Source of the DNA: a virus
Taxonomy: Duplodnaviria; Caudoviricetes
Length of the DNA: 64,000 bases
Reading direction: 5' to 3' (one strand)
Virus record (IMG/VR): IMGVR_UViG_3300042363_001351
Coordinates: 1-64,000 of that record
A program made the position numbers and the translations under genes. How positions within the stretch are numbered: position 1 is the first letter of the stretch; each line of letters begins with the position of its first letter. The notes beneath the pieces are model-generated. The model was given only the letters and a program-made list of their open reading frames with translations, was not told where the DNA came from and did not search any database. Below are positions 9,900-19,866 of the stretch, piece by piece.

Positions 9900-10721
9900 A
9901 TGGAATTTAATATTAAAACTAGACTACCTAGCGGTAGAGAGGTGAGAATTCCTGAGCTGAAAAATAAAGACTTTTTTATTATATTAAAGTTTTGTGAGAA
10001 TGAAGACTTTGAAGGGTTAGATAATTTTTTAAATAAGATTATATTCAAGGGCATAGAAGATCTGGATATTATAGATAAATTTTACGCTCTGTTACTGGTA
10101 CGGATGATTTATGTTGATCCAGAGATAGTGTTTGAAGATAAAAATAAAAGCGCTGTTAACTTTAGCATACAAAATATTTTAGAAAAAATAGATTTATTTG
10201 AAAGAGATTATGATAAAGTTTATGAGTTTAATTCCTATAAGATAGAGCTGGGATTACCTAATTTATTATATTTTGAAGACCTAAATGATATATATCTAAG
10301 TATTATTAAGAAGATTCAAATTTCAGATAAAAGTATAAAGTTTAATACCTTATCTGTAGAAGAAAAAGAACTCATATTATCTAATATCCCTAATTCTGTG
10401 TTTTCTTTAATTAAAAATTATATTAACTTGCTATCACAAAACCTACAAAATTTTGTAGTTATAGAAGGTAACGAAACTTTTAATATAAGCGAAATAAATC
10501 TAAATGTTCTTTCTAATGGTATTATATCCTTTATATTAGGTATATACTCTATGGGTCTCTCTAGTTTTTTTGAGATGATGTATGTTTTCACTAGTAAATT
10601 AGGTTTTACTTCAGCCGATTTTCTTAATTTAACACCATTAGACTCTAAAGTACTTCTAAACATATACAGAAAAGAACTCTCTGAAAAAGAGGAAGAGTTG
10701 AAAAAGCAGAACATTGAGTAA
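9900..10721 (+). CDS. Baseplate hub assembly protein, gp26-like with a gp51-like C-terminus
   Basis: LPSGREVRI...IDKFYALLLVR (gp26-like); C-terminal LSSFFEMMY..KLGFT..DFLNLTPLD..VLL..Y.KE (gp51-like). Confidence 0.55.
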   Translation: MEFNIKTRLPSGREVRIPELKNKDFFIILKFCENEDFEGLDNFLNKIIFKGIEDLDIIDKFYALLLVRMIYVDPEIVFEDKNKSAVNFSIQNILEKIDLFERDYDKVYEFNSYKIELGLPNLLYFEDLNDIYLSIIKKIQISDKSIKFNTLSVEEKELILSNIPNSVFSLIKNYINLLSQNLQNFVVIEGNETFNISEINLNVLSNGIISFILGIYSMGLSSFFEMMYVFTSKLGFTSADFLNLTPLDSKVLLNIYRKELSEKEEELKKQNIE

Positions 10722-10729
10722 ATAAGGTA

Positions 10730-11464
10730 ATGAGTGATATCAAATCCTTTATAGAAGAGCTAAAACAATTAAACGAGAGTGATTGCTTTGATGTGTATGT
10801 ACCTTCTAAGAATAAAAAGGTTAAATTTAAGGCATTTTCTGTAAAGCAACATAAAGATTTGGTAAAGTCACTTCTCGATGGTGTGGAGGGTACCGTTAAC
10901 GTGTATAAGGTCTTTAATGATATTATTTTTGATAATAGCACAGAAGATATTAATTTTACTCTTTACGATAGAAATAAAATTTTAGTAGATCTTAGAAAAC
11001 AATGTATATCTGAGACAATAAAAATAGAAGATAAGGAATACAACCTAAATACGCTCCCTGAATTTACCTTTAGCTTTGATACAGAAAAGGCATTTACATA
11101 TAAAGATATAACAGCTAAAATAGGTGTACCTTCGTTAAGAGAAGATTCAAAAATAACAGAAAAAAGTATTATTGAATTTAACAAATACTCCACAGAGGAT
11201 AAAAAAATAGGTAATTCTTTAAACATTTTATTAATATATGAATTAATTAAATTTGTTAAAGTTATTAAAATACAAGATACTACAATTAATTTTGAAGATC
11301 TAGGAACATTTGATAAAAAGAATATTATAGATAATTTACCTTTAAAGCTTAATAACGATATACTTGAGTATATAGCGCAGTTTAAGGAGTATGAGCAATC
11401 TCTATTTACTTTTTCAGATGGAGTTAAACTCGTCATTGATGCGAGCTTCCTATCTAATGAATAA
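10730..11464 (+). CDS. Baseplate hub assembly protein (gp26-like)
   Basis: VPSKNKKVKFKAFSVKQHK...YDRNKILVDLR...IIDNLP. Confidence 0.65.
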   Translation: MSDIKSFIEELKQLNESDCFDVYVPSKNKKVKFKAFSVKQHKDLVKSLLDGVEGTVNVYKVFNDIIFDNSTEDINFTLYDRNKILVDLRKQCISETIKIEDKEYNLNTLPEFTFSFDTEKAFTYKDITAKIGVPSLREDSKITEKSIIEFNKYSTEDKKIGNSLNILLIYELIKFVKVIKIQDTTINFEDLGTFDKKNIIDNLPLKLNNDILEYIAQFKEYEQSLFTFSDGVKLVIDASFLSNE

Positions 11465-11472
11465 ATATATAC

Positions 11473-13179
11473 GTGGCTCAAAGTGATATATTAGACCCTG
11501 TATTAAAAATAAGCAAAGTTATGAGCTCTTTAAGAGCTATGACTGAACCTAGAGGTTTATCTCAGCAATCTGTCACACGCGACGATGACCGAGTTAGCGA
11601 TAGGCTAACTACGGTAGAACAAAATAGACTTAAAGAGTCTGCTACTATTATAGGAAAGGTTTTAAAAATAGGAGCATTTAAAGAAGGTCCAGAAGCAGCT
11701 CGACTGCAAGACTTAACACCTATGCAGACTCAGGCAATAAAATCCGCGCCTACTGCTATAAAGGATAAAATACAGCCTCCAAAAAGTAATTTACTAGGAG
11801 ATCTTTTAAGCAGCTTATTAGGTCTGCTCGGACTAGGAGCTCTCACATCCATAATAGGTAAAATAAAAAATTGGCTGCTAGACAAACTTACTAAATTCAT
11901 CCTAACGCCCATGAAACAATTATTTTCTTGGGTAGGTAATAAATTATGGACTACTGTTAAATGGGTAGGAGAAAAATTATGGAGTGCAATGAAGTATGCA
12001 GGTGGTAAAATATGGAACAGTGTAAAATGGGTAGGTAGCAAAATATGGAACGGGGTAAAATGGTTAGGTTCTAAGATTTCCAATTGGGCTGGTAAGCTTG
12101 CTGATAAAATCAAAAACTCTGAGTTTTTTAAGGGGTTTATGAGTAAAGTCCAGGCTGCTAAAGACGGTCTAAAGAGTATATGGGATGATGCTATAAATGC
12201 TGTTAAGGGATATATAGATGATATTGCTAAATACATAACTAGCATTAAGAATGCTGCTCTAACTGCTTTGGAAAAGATACCGGGCTATAACTTAGCCAAG
12301 AAAGGTGTCGATATAATAGGTAAAGGAGCTGCAGTAGTGGGAGGAGCTGTAAGTAAAGGAGCTGCAGTTGTAGGTAGAGGAGCTGCAGCTATTGGTGGTG
12401 TGGCTGCAGAAGAACTAGGTAATATTATTAAGACTGGTAAACAAAAAATCGGATCGTACGTTGGAGGGCTGTTTAAGAGCAGTGCTGGCAAGCTAGGCTC
12501 TTTCTTTAAGGGCATTCCTATTATAAGTGGTATTATCGAAGGATTGTTTGCATCTTACGATATAAGAAATTTAAAAAAAGACTATGAGCTAGGCAAACTT
12601 AGTCTTGATGAGCTAAGATTAAAAGCTGGTAAAAGAGTCGCTCAAGGCATAGGAGGTGTAGGTGGTTCTGTTCTTGGAGCTGCTGCTGGAAGTGTTATTG
12701 GAGGTCCTATTGGTACACTTATAGGAGGTATAGGTGGAGATATTTTAGGTAGATACCTCGGCGATCTTTTAATAGAAAAAGTAGTATCACCTAATATAAC
12801 TAAAAAATTAGGAGCTTTCGTTACAGATACTGGTGAAATGCAAGATTTCTTGGTTAAGAACGGGAATGTATATAAGTTTAATTCAAGGGATGAAGTCTTA
12901 GGGATGAAAACAGGAGGAGCTATTGACAATCTAATGACTAATCTCACTCAGAACCTAGCTAAAGATAATAGCGTTATTAGGGATGCCTCAGTAGCTCAAG
13001 TAAATAAATTAGACGAACTAATTTACCTAATGACTGAACTTATTAAGAAACCTACACAAGGATCTAGCAATGTTAATAATTTTGGTAACATGGCAAATAA
13101 CTCTAGGTCTAAATCTTTTAATATAAGAGATCAATTTGCAAGTCAAACTCTTATACCAATAACACCGCAACCAATTTAA
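11473..13179 (+). CDS. Tape measure-like protein (gp29 position)
   Basis: 11-residue W-containing amphipathic repeats, glycine-zipper hydrophobic segments, position in the tail module. Confidence 0.65.
   Translation: MAQSDILDPVLKISKVMSSLRAMTEPRGLSQQSVTRDDDRVSDRLTTVEQNRLKESATIIGKVLKIGAFKEGPEAARLQDLTPMQTQAIKSAPTAIKDKIQPPKSNLLGDLLSSLLGLLGLGALTSIIGKIKNWLLDKLTKFILTPMKQLFSWVGNKLWTTVKWVGEKLWSAMKYAGGKIWNSVKWVGSKIWNGVKWLGSKISNWAGKLADKIKNSEFFKGFMSKVQAAKDGLKSIWDDAINAVKGYIDDIAKYITSIKNAALTALEKIPGYNLAKKGVDIIGKGAAVVGGAVSKGAAVVGRGAAAIGGVAAEELGNIIKTGKQKIGSYVGGLFKSSAGKLGSFFKGIPIISGIIEGLFASYDIRNLKKDYELGKLSLDELRLKAGKRVAQGIGGVGGSVLGAAAGSVIGGPIGTLIGGIGGDILGRYLGDLLIEKVVSPNITKKLGAFVTDTGEMQDFLVKNGNVYKFNSRDEVLGMKTGGAIDNLMTNLTQNLAKDNSVIRDASVAQVNKLDELIYLMTELIKKPTQGSSNVNNFGNMANNSRSKSFNIRDQFASQTLIPITPQPI
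11921..12090 (+). repeat. 33-bp / 11-aa degenerate coding repeats
   Basis: WVGNKLWTTVK, WVGEKLWSAMK, YAGGKIWNSVK, WVGSKIWNGVK, WLGSKISNW. Confidence 0.8.
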
Positions 13180-13183
13180 ACAT

Positions 13184-14263
13184 ATGTCATACGGACCATA
13201 TTACTGTAAAGGATCTGATGAGAGCACTACACCATTAATTACTATAGGTTCTAGTGCTATAAAAAAATCAGGTACCGTTAAAAATACTGATAACGAATTT
13301 AGATTAAAAAATAAAACTTCGGTAATAGACGTAGTAAACGATTTTTGTTGGACTTCTTCTCCAATACAAAATACCGACTTAAAGGTACCGTATTTATACG
13401 CTACTGAATTACGTCAACTGCAGAATTCTTTAGTATCTTCTGCCTTATACTATATTAACGCTATTTCTAACTCAGATATAACATCAAAAGGCACAGAGGC
13501 GTTAGATATGTTAATTGCTACTGTGACTGGTAGTACTTCTGGGGGAGTTTCAGGAGCATTAAAGTCATTTAAAGAAAAAGTTAAGAGCTTTATATCAGCA
13601 GGTGTTGATAAAAGTATTCTTTCTAGCTATTTAAATTCATATTTGAGTATGTACCTAACAGAACGTACAGGATTTAGATATTCTTTTCCGTTCTTCGAAG
13701 GTAAACCACATAGTATTAACAATTCTTGGGGATCAAGCGCGCAGGTAAAATCGCCCTTTCATGGATACGCAGAAGAAGCGATGAATTATGCTGATACTAT
13801 GGCTGCTACAGTAAACATAATGGCTCCAGGTACATATATCGAAAAGCCGAAATACTTTCAATATCCTGCTGATGGAGAGTCTGTAACTATGACATTTCCG
13901 CTTCTCAATACAATAAGAAAAAGTTCTTATGTAGGATATCAGCAAAACTATGAGTTACTTTGGATTCTAGCCTATCAAAACAAACCGTTTAGAACTTCTT
14001 TTTCTAGAATACTACCCCCAAAACTATATACAGTAACAGTTCCAGGCATGAAATTTTTACCATATGCATATATAAGTAATATGGATGTTCAGTTTTTAGG
14101 TTCTAGACGTAAACTTCCAGTTAACACTCCGAAGGGAGAAATTATAACTTCTATACCTGAAGCGTATCAAGTTTCTATTACATTTACTAGTTTAATAGCA
14201 GATGTAGGTAATTTAATGGTATCTGAAGGATTTAGAGCAATAACAGTAAGTACAGCAAGATGA
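13184..14263 (+). CDS. Baseplate tail tube cap (gp48-like)
   Basis: C-terminal tube-fold pattern PPKLY.V...AYISNMDVQF...IPEAYQVSITF; position before gp53. Confidence 0.6.
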   Translation: MSYGPYYCKGSDESTTPLITIGSSAIKKSGTVKNTDNEFRLKNKTSVIDVVNDFCWTSSPIQNTDLKVPYLYATELRQLQNSLVSSALYYINAISNSDITSKGTEALDMLIATVTGSTSGGVSGALKSFKEKVKSFISAGVDKSILSSYLNSYLSMYLTERTGFRYSFPFFEGKPHSINNSWGSSAQVKSPFHGYAEEAMNYADTMAATVNIMAPGTYIEKPKYFQYPADGESVTMTFPLLNTIRKSSYVGYQQNYELLWILAYQNKPFRTSFSRILPPKLYTVTVPGMKFLPYAYISNMDVQFLGSRRKLPVNTPKGEIITSIPEAYQVSITFTSLIADVGNLMVSEGFRAITVSTAR

Positions 14264-14631
14264 ACATAGGCGAATATCAAAATAATATTACTGGTCTCGA
14301 AACTATAACAGAAGAGAGATATGAGAATATCTTCAAAGTTTATAAGCTAGATGAATTTAACAAAGGGTATTATTTTTATAATATTTTAAATAAAATTACT
14401 ATACCTTCTATTATAGATGAGAGTATTTTAGGATATTTTAAATTAGATGCTAAGCTTCCATGGACGACTTTTTCATATAAAATATATCAAACGCAATATC
14501 TGTGGTGGTTACTTTTTTTATTAAATAAACCAGATAATATTTTTTACGCGGAGGGCGGTATAAAATATAAATACATTTTACCTGATTATGTAAATGATAT
14601 TTTAATAAGTATACAAGATCAATTAAGATAA
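14260..14631 (+). CDS. Baseplate wedge protein (gp53-like, LysM-related)
   Basis: W.TFSYKIYQTQYLWWLLFLLN motif. Confidence 0.7.
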   Translation: MNIGEYQNNITGLETITEERYENIFKVYKLDEFNKGYYFYNILNKITIPSIIDESILGYFKLDAKLPWTTFSYKIYQTQYLWWLLFLLNKPDNIFYAEGGIKYKYILPDYVNDILISIQDQLR

Positions 14632-14632
14632 T

Positions 14633-16519
14633 ATGGCTGAAACGGTACTTTTAGATGGTAGTAATTATGAGTTCGAGATTTTTATACTAAATTTTCTCGA
14701 AAATAATGAATATCAGGTTGTACCTATAGCTAAGAGTAATATAAAGTATCTAGAAGTTACAAACGACCTTGTTAACATGGGGTATGTAGGTAAAGTTGCA
14801 TTTACGAATTTTTATAACGTTTTGCAGAAGTTGCAGCTGTTTACATCATCTGTTGAAGCTCCCTACATGTATATATATTTTAAAAATCTCGATTTTAACG
14901 CTACAAAAACAGGATCGAGTGAAGTGTTCTTAACAGCTAGTTTACAAAAGGGTCAAGAATATAATGTAAACTCTATAGATGGAAGCATTTACTATGAATT
15001 CGAAGAACTTTCTATTGCAAGACTCAAAAGAACTAAGGTCGTTTATTCGAGTTCATCTACTGGTGATATTTTAAAAAATCCTGATAGATCTCCTGTCTCT
15101 GCTATAAAAAGCTTTTTTGAAAATGGCATATCTGATTCTAAGGTAATGGACGGTACAATAAGTACTGCACTTACAGAGATAAGAGGAGACGAAAATAAAA
15201 AAGGTATAATTAATGATATAACACAAATAACTAATGTTACCAATCAACATACTTACTATGATATAATTGAGCGATTATACTCCTATGCGTCGTTTACCAC
15301 TCCGACTAAGATTGAAGGATATTATTCACCTGCAATAATACAACTAGAAAACGATAACGTTAAAAAGAAAAGAAAATTAGTTATTTCGTCTCTATTAGAT
15401 ACTATTCGCAACTTTTTTGATAAAATAAAAAATAATCCTACAGATGAAAAGATGAAGGACTATTTGTTAGAAAGATTCAATATAGCTCAAACCGGAGATT
15501 CGCCTTATTTTAGCGATAACTACCTTGATAAATACGAATTAAAGAGAGTTAATTACGAGGATGTCTTTGAAAATAAATGGACGACTATAGAATTAGTATG
15601 CGAGACAGTGGAGTGTGTTGATCAGTATCAAATAGACTATGATAAGTTAAGAGCAGCTTTCGAAAACATGGCGACAGCTCCGTTTGCTTCCAATCTCCCT
15701 AGCAGAAAAGAAGATGTGGATGCAAGCATGATTAAAGAGGTACAATATTCTAGACCAGGAATCGACGGTATTTTAGCGCAGGTATACGGTACTAATAAAG
15801 TATTTAAAAGCTTTATTTTTGATAATTTAGCAATTACTTTTAGAACAAAAGGTCAACCTTATAGATCGCCAGGTAAGTTTATTACTATAAAAACAGACAA
15901 CGTAGATGTTAATAGTAAAAAAAATAAAAACCTATCAGAAGTTGATGGTCACTGGTTTGTCATTTCTGTTTCTCATGTTTTTGAGAATGATGTATACTTT
16001 AATGACTTTATTTGTGTAAAAATATATAATCCCGCCGGTAAGCTATCTGATGTACCGCCGCCTCCAAAAACCCCTGTAGGTACAATGGGAGCTGCTACCA
16101 GTGACGGTACGGGTAGTAGTACCAGTAGAGGATCTGTAAATAGCGGTGATGGATTCCCTGCATTGCCTACTGAAGCTAATAACACAGGTGCAGCTGGAGG
16201 CTCTGTATCTAACCAGGCCTTTACCGAACAACTAAAAAGATCAGATAGATTGCAATATCTCGAACAAAATTCAGCAGAATCTTTAAAATTTTTCGATAGC
16301 TTTGAATTTGGTGGATCAGCAGAAGTTTCTCGGGTAGAAATCATGAATGATATAGCATTAGGCGATTATAATAAAGCATTACAAACTTTTAATACAATAC
16401 CAGGATTTGCACAAAGAGCATTTGATGCAAGAGTAAATAATTACTTTACATCTAGTGGGGGTTATGAGGTACTACCATCTCTCGAACCTGGCAGGAATGC
16501 TTTACCACCTCTCGATTAG
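14633..16519 (+). CDS. Baseplate hub protein (gp27-like) with C-terminal extension
   Basis: TFRTKGQPYRSPGKFI...DGHWFVISVSHVF hub-family motif, then a Pro/Gly/Ser linker and an extra domain. Confidence 0.6.
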   Translation: MAETVLLDGSNYEFEIFILNFLENNEYQVVPIAKSNIKYLEVTNDLVNMGYVGKVAFTNFYNVLQKLQLFTSSVEAPYMYIYFKNLDFNATKTGSSEVFLTASLQKGQEYNVNSIDGSIYYEFEELSIARLKRTKVVYSSSSTGDILKNPDRSPVSAIKSFFENGISDSKVMDGTISTALTEIRGDENKKGIINDITQITNVTNQHTYYDIIERLYSYASFTTPTKIEGYYSPAIIQLENDNVKKKRKLVISSLLDTIRNFFDKIKNNPTDEKMKDYLLERFNIAQTGDSPYFSDNYLDKYELKRVNYEDVFENKWTTIELVCETVECVDQYQIDYDKLRAAFENMATAPFASNLPSRKEDVDASMIKEVQYSRPGIDGILAQVYGTNKVFKSFIFDNLAITFRTKGQPYRSPGKFITIKTDNVDVNSKKNKNLSEVDGHWFVISVSHVFENDVYFNDFICVKIYNPAGKLSDVPPPPKTPVGTMGAATSDGTGSSTSRGSVNSGDGFPALPTEANNTGAAGGSVSNQAFTEQLKRSDRLQYLEQNSAESLKFFDSFEFGGSAEVSRVEIMNDIALGDYNKALQTFNTIPGFAQRAFDARVNNYFTSSGGYEVLPSLEPGRNALPPLD

Positions 16520-16542
16520 AACTCATAAAATATAAAGAAAAT

Positions 16543-18165
16543 ATGATAATTTGGTCCAATAACTTTGCTGAGAAACTTTTCGGATTTGCTATGAGCAGAG
16601 AGCAGTTAAGAGAGACTCCTCTTTGCGGTCTTTTGGAGGACCCTAACCTACAGCTAGATATTGATTTAGCTATTGACTTTAATAATGCTTTAAGAGGTGA
16701 TGAACAATCAGCAGAGAGATTCACTAATAAGTTTGTGTTAAGTAGCTCTTATTTAGATTATTCCACTATTGATTTTTATACTACAAGAATGGAAACCTAT
16801 CCCATATTTGAGTATCACGTAGCTAGAATAGATTATATTTTCAATAATTTAGATTTTGTTTCTAGTTCTAATTCACCATATAATACATCATCTACTGGTA
16901 ATAGTGACGAGGACGGGTTCTTGGATAAGCTTAAAGCAGCCTTACAGGACTGCTTAAACTCTCCATGTAATTTATTTGCTGCGTCTTCTGAAAGTATAGC
17001 AGCTATGATAGATCAAGGTGCTGCAGGTAATAATACAACTATACCTTCCTTTGCTGAGCTTAAAGGTAAGTTTAAAAATGTTTTTGGTGGAATGAAAACA
17101 ACATTGACCAAACGTATGCCTGACGCTGTAAGTAATATGTTCAGTGAACTAGCAGTAGTTGGTAAAGAGGCATGGTCACAGTCAGTAGACATGCTATACG
17201 AAAAGGACCCAGAAAAAAGACAAAAAATAATTAATAATGCATTAGGTGGAAGTGCGTTAGACTCTGATTCAACTAGTTATAGCTATATACCTGATTTAGA
17301 TGCTCTTACAAGTGTATCAGATATGGCATCTACAGTATTATCTCAGGTAGCATCTGATTTAGGTGGGTGTTATAACAAGTACCAGCAGCTAGCTCGCTAC
17401 TCTCCTTATGATCCTGATCAAAACACAAGTACTACTAATAAAGATCCTGTGGTTGAAAATGTTGATGGTAGCCCAACGGTCCGTAATAGCTTTGGTGTAA
17501 GGCCTTGGGATAAAAAAAGAACGGAAGAAGATCTTAAAGTATGTAAGCCTTCTAGCAATGCTAAAGTATCTGCACCTGGAAAATCTTCTGGAAGCGCTAC
17601 ATCAGGAGGTACATCAAACCCTCTAAAATATAGCGAACAATACGAAAAAGTAATGCAATATCTAAAGGGATCTAAATTCGATCCTGCAGCTAATGGTGGA
17701 AAATATATTATACCTAAAGATGGCGCTGTATATGGAATTACTACAGGCTCAATAGAGGAATGGGCCGATTTCTTCACTAGAATGGCTGATGTTGAGTCTA
17801 CTTACGACCCTAACGCAAAGGCAGATATAAACGGTTTGCAGGTAGGAAAATTAACATCCTTTGGTACCTATCAATTGGGTAAAACGGCGTGGAGTATACA
17901 CGGTGACGGAGGAGATGTTTATAATAATGATGATAATACCAGAACATTCGTTAAATATGCTGAAAATCTATACTTTGGTGGTGGAGGTACTGATTTTGAT
18001 GTATATGGTGGGTCAGAGCATATTGGTATATATGATCCTTCTAAATACCCTAGAGGATATGGTGGTATAGGAGCAGGGTTTGGACCTATTCAAGATATAA
18101 CTTACGACGAAGCAAATGGAACAAGCAGAGCATCCCCAAATGAAAATAGAAAATTAAGAAGATAA
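16543..18165 (+). CDS. Virion-associated protein with C-terminal lysozyme-like/lytic transglycosylase domain
   Basis: RMADVESTYDPNA...SFGTYQL matches the SLT-like ES..P.A..S.GL.Q motif. Confidence 0.6.
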   Translation: MIIWSNNFAEKLFGFAMSREQLRETPLCGLLEDPNLQLDIDLAIDFNNALRGDEQSAERFTNKFVLSSSYLDYSTIDFYTTRMETYPIFEYHVARIDYIFNNLDFVSSSNSPYNTSSTGNSDEDGFLDKLKAALQDCLNSPCNLFAASSESIAAMIDQGAAGNNTTIPSFAELKGKFKNVFGGMKTTLTKRMPDAVSNMFSELAVVGKEAWSQSVDMLYEKDPEKRQKIINNALGGSALDSDSTSYSYIPDLDALTSVSDMASTVLSQVASDLGGCYNKYQQLARYSPYDPDQNTSTTNKDPVVENVDGSPTVRNSFGVRPWDKKRTEEDLKVCKPSSNAKVSAPGKSSGSATSGGTSNPLKYSEQYEKVMQYLKGSKFDPAANGGKYIIPKDGAVYGITTGSIEEWADFFTRMADVESTYDPNAKADINGLQVGKLTSFGTYQLGKTAWSIHGDGGDVYNNDDNTRTFVKYAENLYFGGGGTDFDVYGGSEHIGIYDPSKYPRGYGGIGAGFGPIQDITYDEANGTSRASPNENRKLRR

Positions 18166-18166
18166 T

Positions 18167-18610
18167 TTAAACATCAACAATCTTATCTTCTTCTTTGCTC
18201 TTACCAATAAGCTCCTGCATTATTTCTTTACGTGATAGAAGAAAAGTAGCGTTATCCTGAACGTTAATCTTTTCACGAGAGTCAATATCCATTTGCTTTA
18301 CCTCTTTAACGGTTTTATTCTTTTCAATAGAAGTGTATACTTTATTAAGAGCTTCTATAGACGAAGATGCAGCCTTTAATAATTCTGCTAGTGCAGTTAC
18401 ATCTTTTGCCTCAGGGGCAGAAGAAATATATGTCTGAACATCATCTACTATATTGAGGGTCTTTGTAATCAGCTTACCGGAATTTTTAATAATAAATTCC
18501 TCTAACTTTTCTTTATCTAGCTCTTCTTCAGGCTCTCTTTTTGAGAGAGCTGTAGTACCTTTAAGCTGTGTAATAATGTCATTTACAACGACATCTAAAT
18601 CTTCCTCCAT
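18167..18610 (-). CDS. Terminase small subunit (gp16-like)
   Basis: Helical core AKDVTALAELLK...ALNK and C-terminal NATFLLSRKEIMQEL, resembling gp16 NNALF.GST.EL..L. Confidence 0.6.
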   Translation of the reverse strand: MEEDLDVVVNDIITQLKGTTALSKREPEEELDKEKLEEFIIKNSGKLITKTLNIVDDVQTYISSAPEAKDVTALAELLKAASSSIEALNKVYTSIEKNKTVKEVKQMDIDSREKINVQDNATFLLSRKEIMQELIGKSKEEDKIVDV

Positions 18611-18659
18611 ACGCTATATTTAGTCTTGATTTCTATATATCAAATAATATAATATTTTT
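18611..18659. promoter_or_regulatory. Overlapping divergent promoters (gp16-like gene and dut)
   Basis: Plus: TTGATT-N16-TATAAT-N6-ATG. Minus: TTGATA-N15-TAAATA-N6-ATG. Confidence 0.6.
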
Positions 18660-19091
18660 ATGAGTGAAGTTACATTAAAATTTAAGAAAACTAACGCTAA
18701 TGCTAAGTTACCTACTAAAAACAATGAGTCTGATACCGGTTTTGATGTTTATTGTGTAGAGGATAAGATTATCCCTGCAAGAGGTAGTGATGTTGTAGAT
18801 GTTGGTCTAGAATTTGCATATATTACCCCTGGTTACTGGGTAAAGGTTGAAGGTCGTAGTGGTCTTGGGTTCAAGCACGGTATTTCACCACATCCTGGGA
18901 TTATTGATAGTGGTTATCGTTCTAACGCTGGAATTAAACTTTACAATCTAACAGATAAGGATTACGAAATTAAAAAAGGCGATAGAATTGCGCAGTTTGT
19001 AGTATATAAAAACTATAGTGTGATTGTTGAAGAAGGTGATATAGAACAATCTGACAGAGGAGCCAACGGGTTTGGCTCGTCAGGTAGATAA
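18660..19091 (+). CDS. dut: Trimeric dUTPase
   Basis: Motifs GFDV, GRSGLG, GIIDSGYR, GDRIAQ, RGANGFGSSG. Confidence 0.95.
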   Translation: MSEVTLKFKKTNANAKLPTKNNESDTGFDVYCVEDKIIPARGSDVVDVGLEFAYITPGYWVKVEGRSGLGFKHGISPHPGIIDSGYRSNAGIKLYNLTDKDYEIKKGDRIAQFVVYKNYSVIVEEGDIEQSDRGANGFGSSGR

Positions 19092-19811
19092 TATTTCCCA
19101 TTCAGGATAGTGTTTTGATTTACAGCGATGGTTGAAGAGTGCTGGACTTATACCTTCCACTCTTCCTCCATCAACGGTACTATTAAATATACCTTTAGGA
19201 GATTTATATTGCTTTTTACACATAGAGTTTTTAATTTTATTTCTTATAGCCTGTTTATACTCTTCTGTTTGCGACTTATAAGCATCACTTTTACGTTTAC
19301 CTCTATAATCAAGAAACCTCTTTTTCTCTTCTTTATTCATACTATTCCAGAGCTTATTTCCTGCAGCAGATAATTTTTGCTTTATAAGTTCTATTTCTTC
19401 AGTCGATCTTTTAGCGACAGTATTAGCTCTTTTTTCATTTTGTTTTTTAATTTCTTCTATTGTTCTATTATCCAGATACCTTTTAAATGATGCTTTTTGC
19501 TTCTTCTTAGTATCAGGGGTATTGATTATAACTTTTCCTGCGTTACCATTATACCCTACTGGCCATAAATTGTTAATATTCTCCAAATACTCCCACTCTC
19601 TTATATCTTCTAAACTACCCCTGCAAACTTCTTCAATTGTAAAACACTCTCGACCATACTTACATACTCCATTTTCAAAAAGAAGTATTCCTCCTCTCCC
19701 TGTCATATGCTCTTCAAACCGTCTTGCAATATCAAGATCTTTATATATAATTCCATTATATATCATCATATTGATGGTATTTGTCACTCTATAGCCAATT
19801 GCCTCTATCAT
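19080..19811 (-). mobile_element. Free-standing GIY-YIG (Seg-like) homing endonuclease gene (start corrected to 19811)
   Basis: IGYRVTNTINMMIYNG...RRFEEH...WE...GYN catalytic pattern, basic linker, C-terminal KGIFNS...GIS...HRCKS DNA-binding-like module; inverted between dut and clamp loader; TATAAATA-N5-ATG. Confidence 0.75.
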
Positions 19812-19866
19812 AACTTTATTTATATTTAGAGGCATAAAACTATATAACTTTATTATATTATTTTTT

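Noticed and set aside
10418-12947. Antisense ORFs opposite the hub and tape measure genes (and similar short ORFs elsewhere in the track)
   Set aside because: They lie within well-supported genes on the other strand or frame, have shadow-like composition, and lack motifs or start signals.
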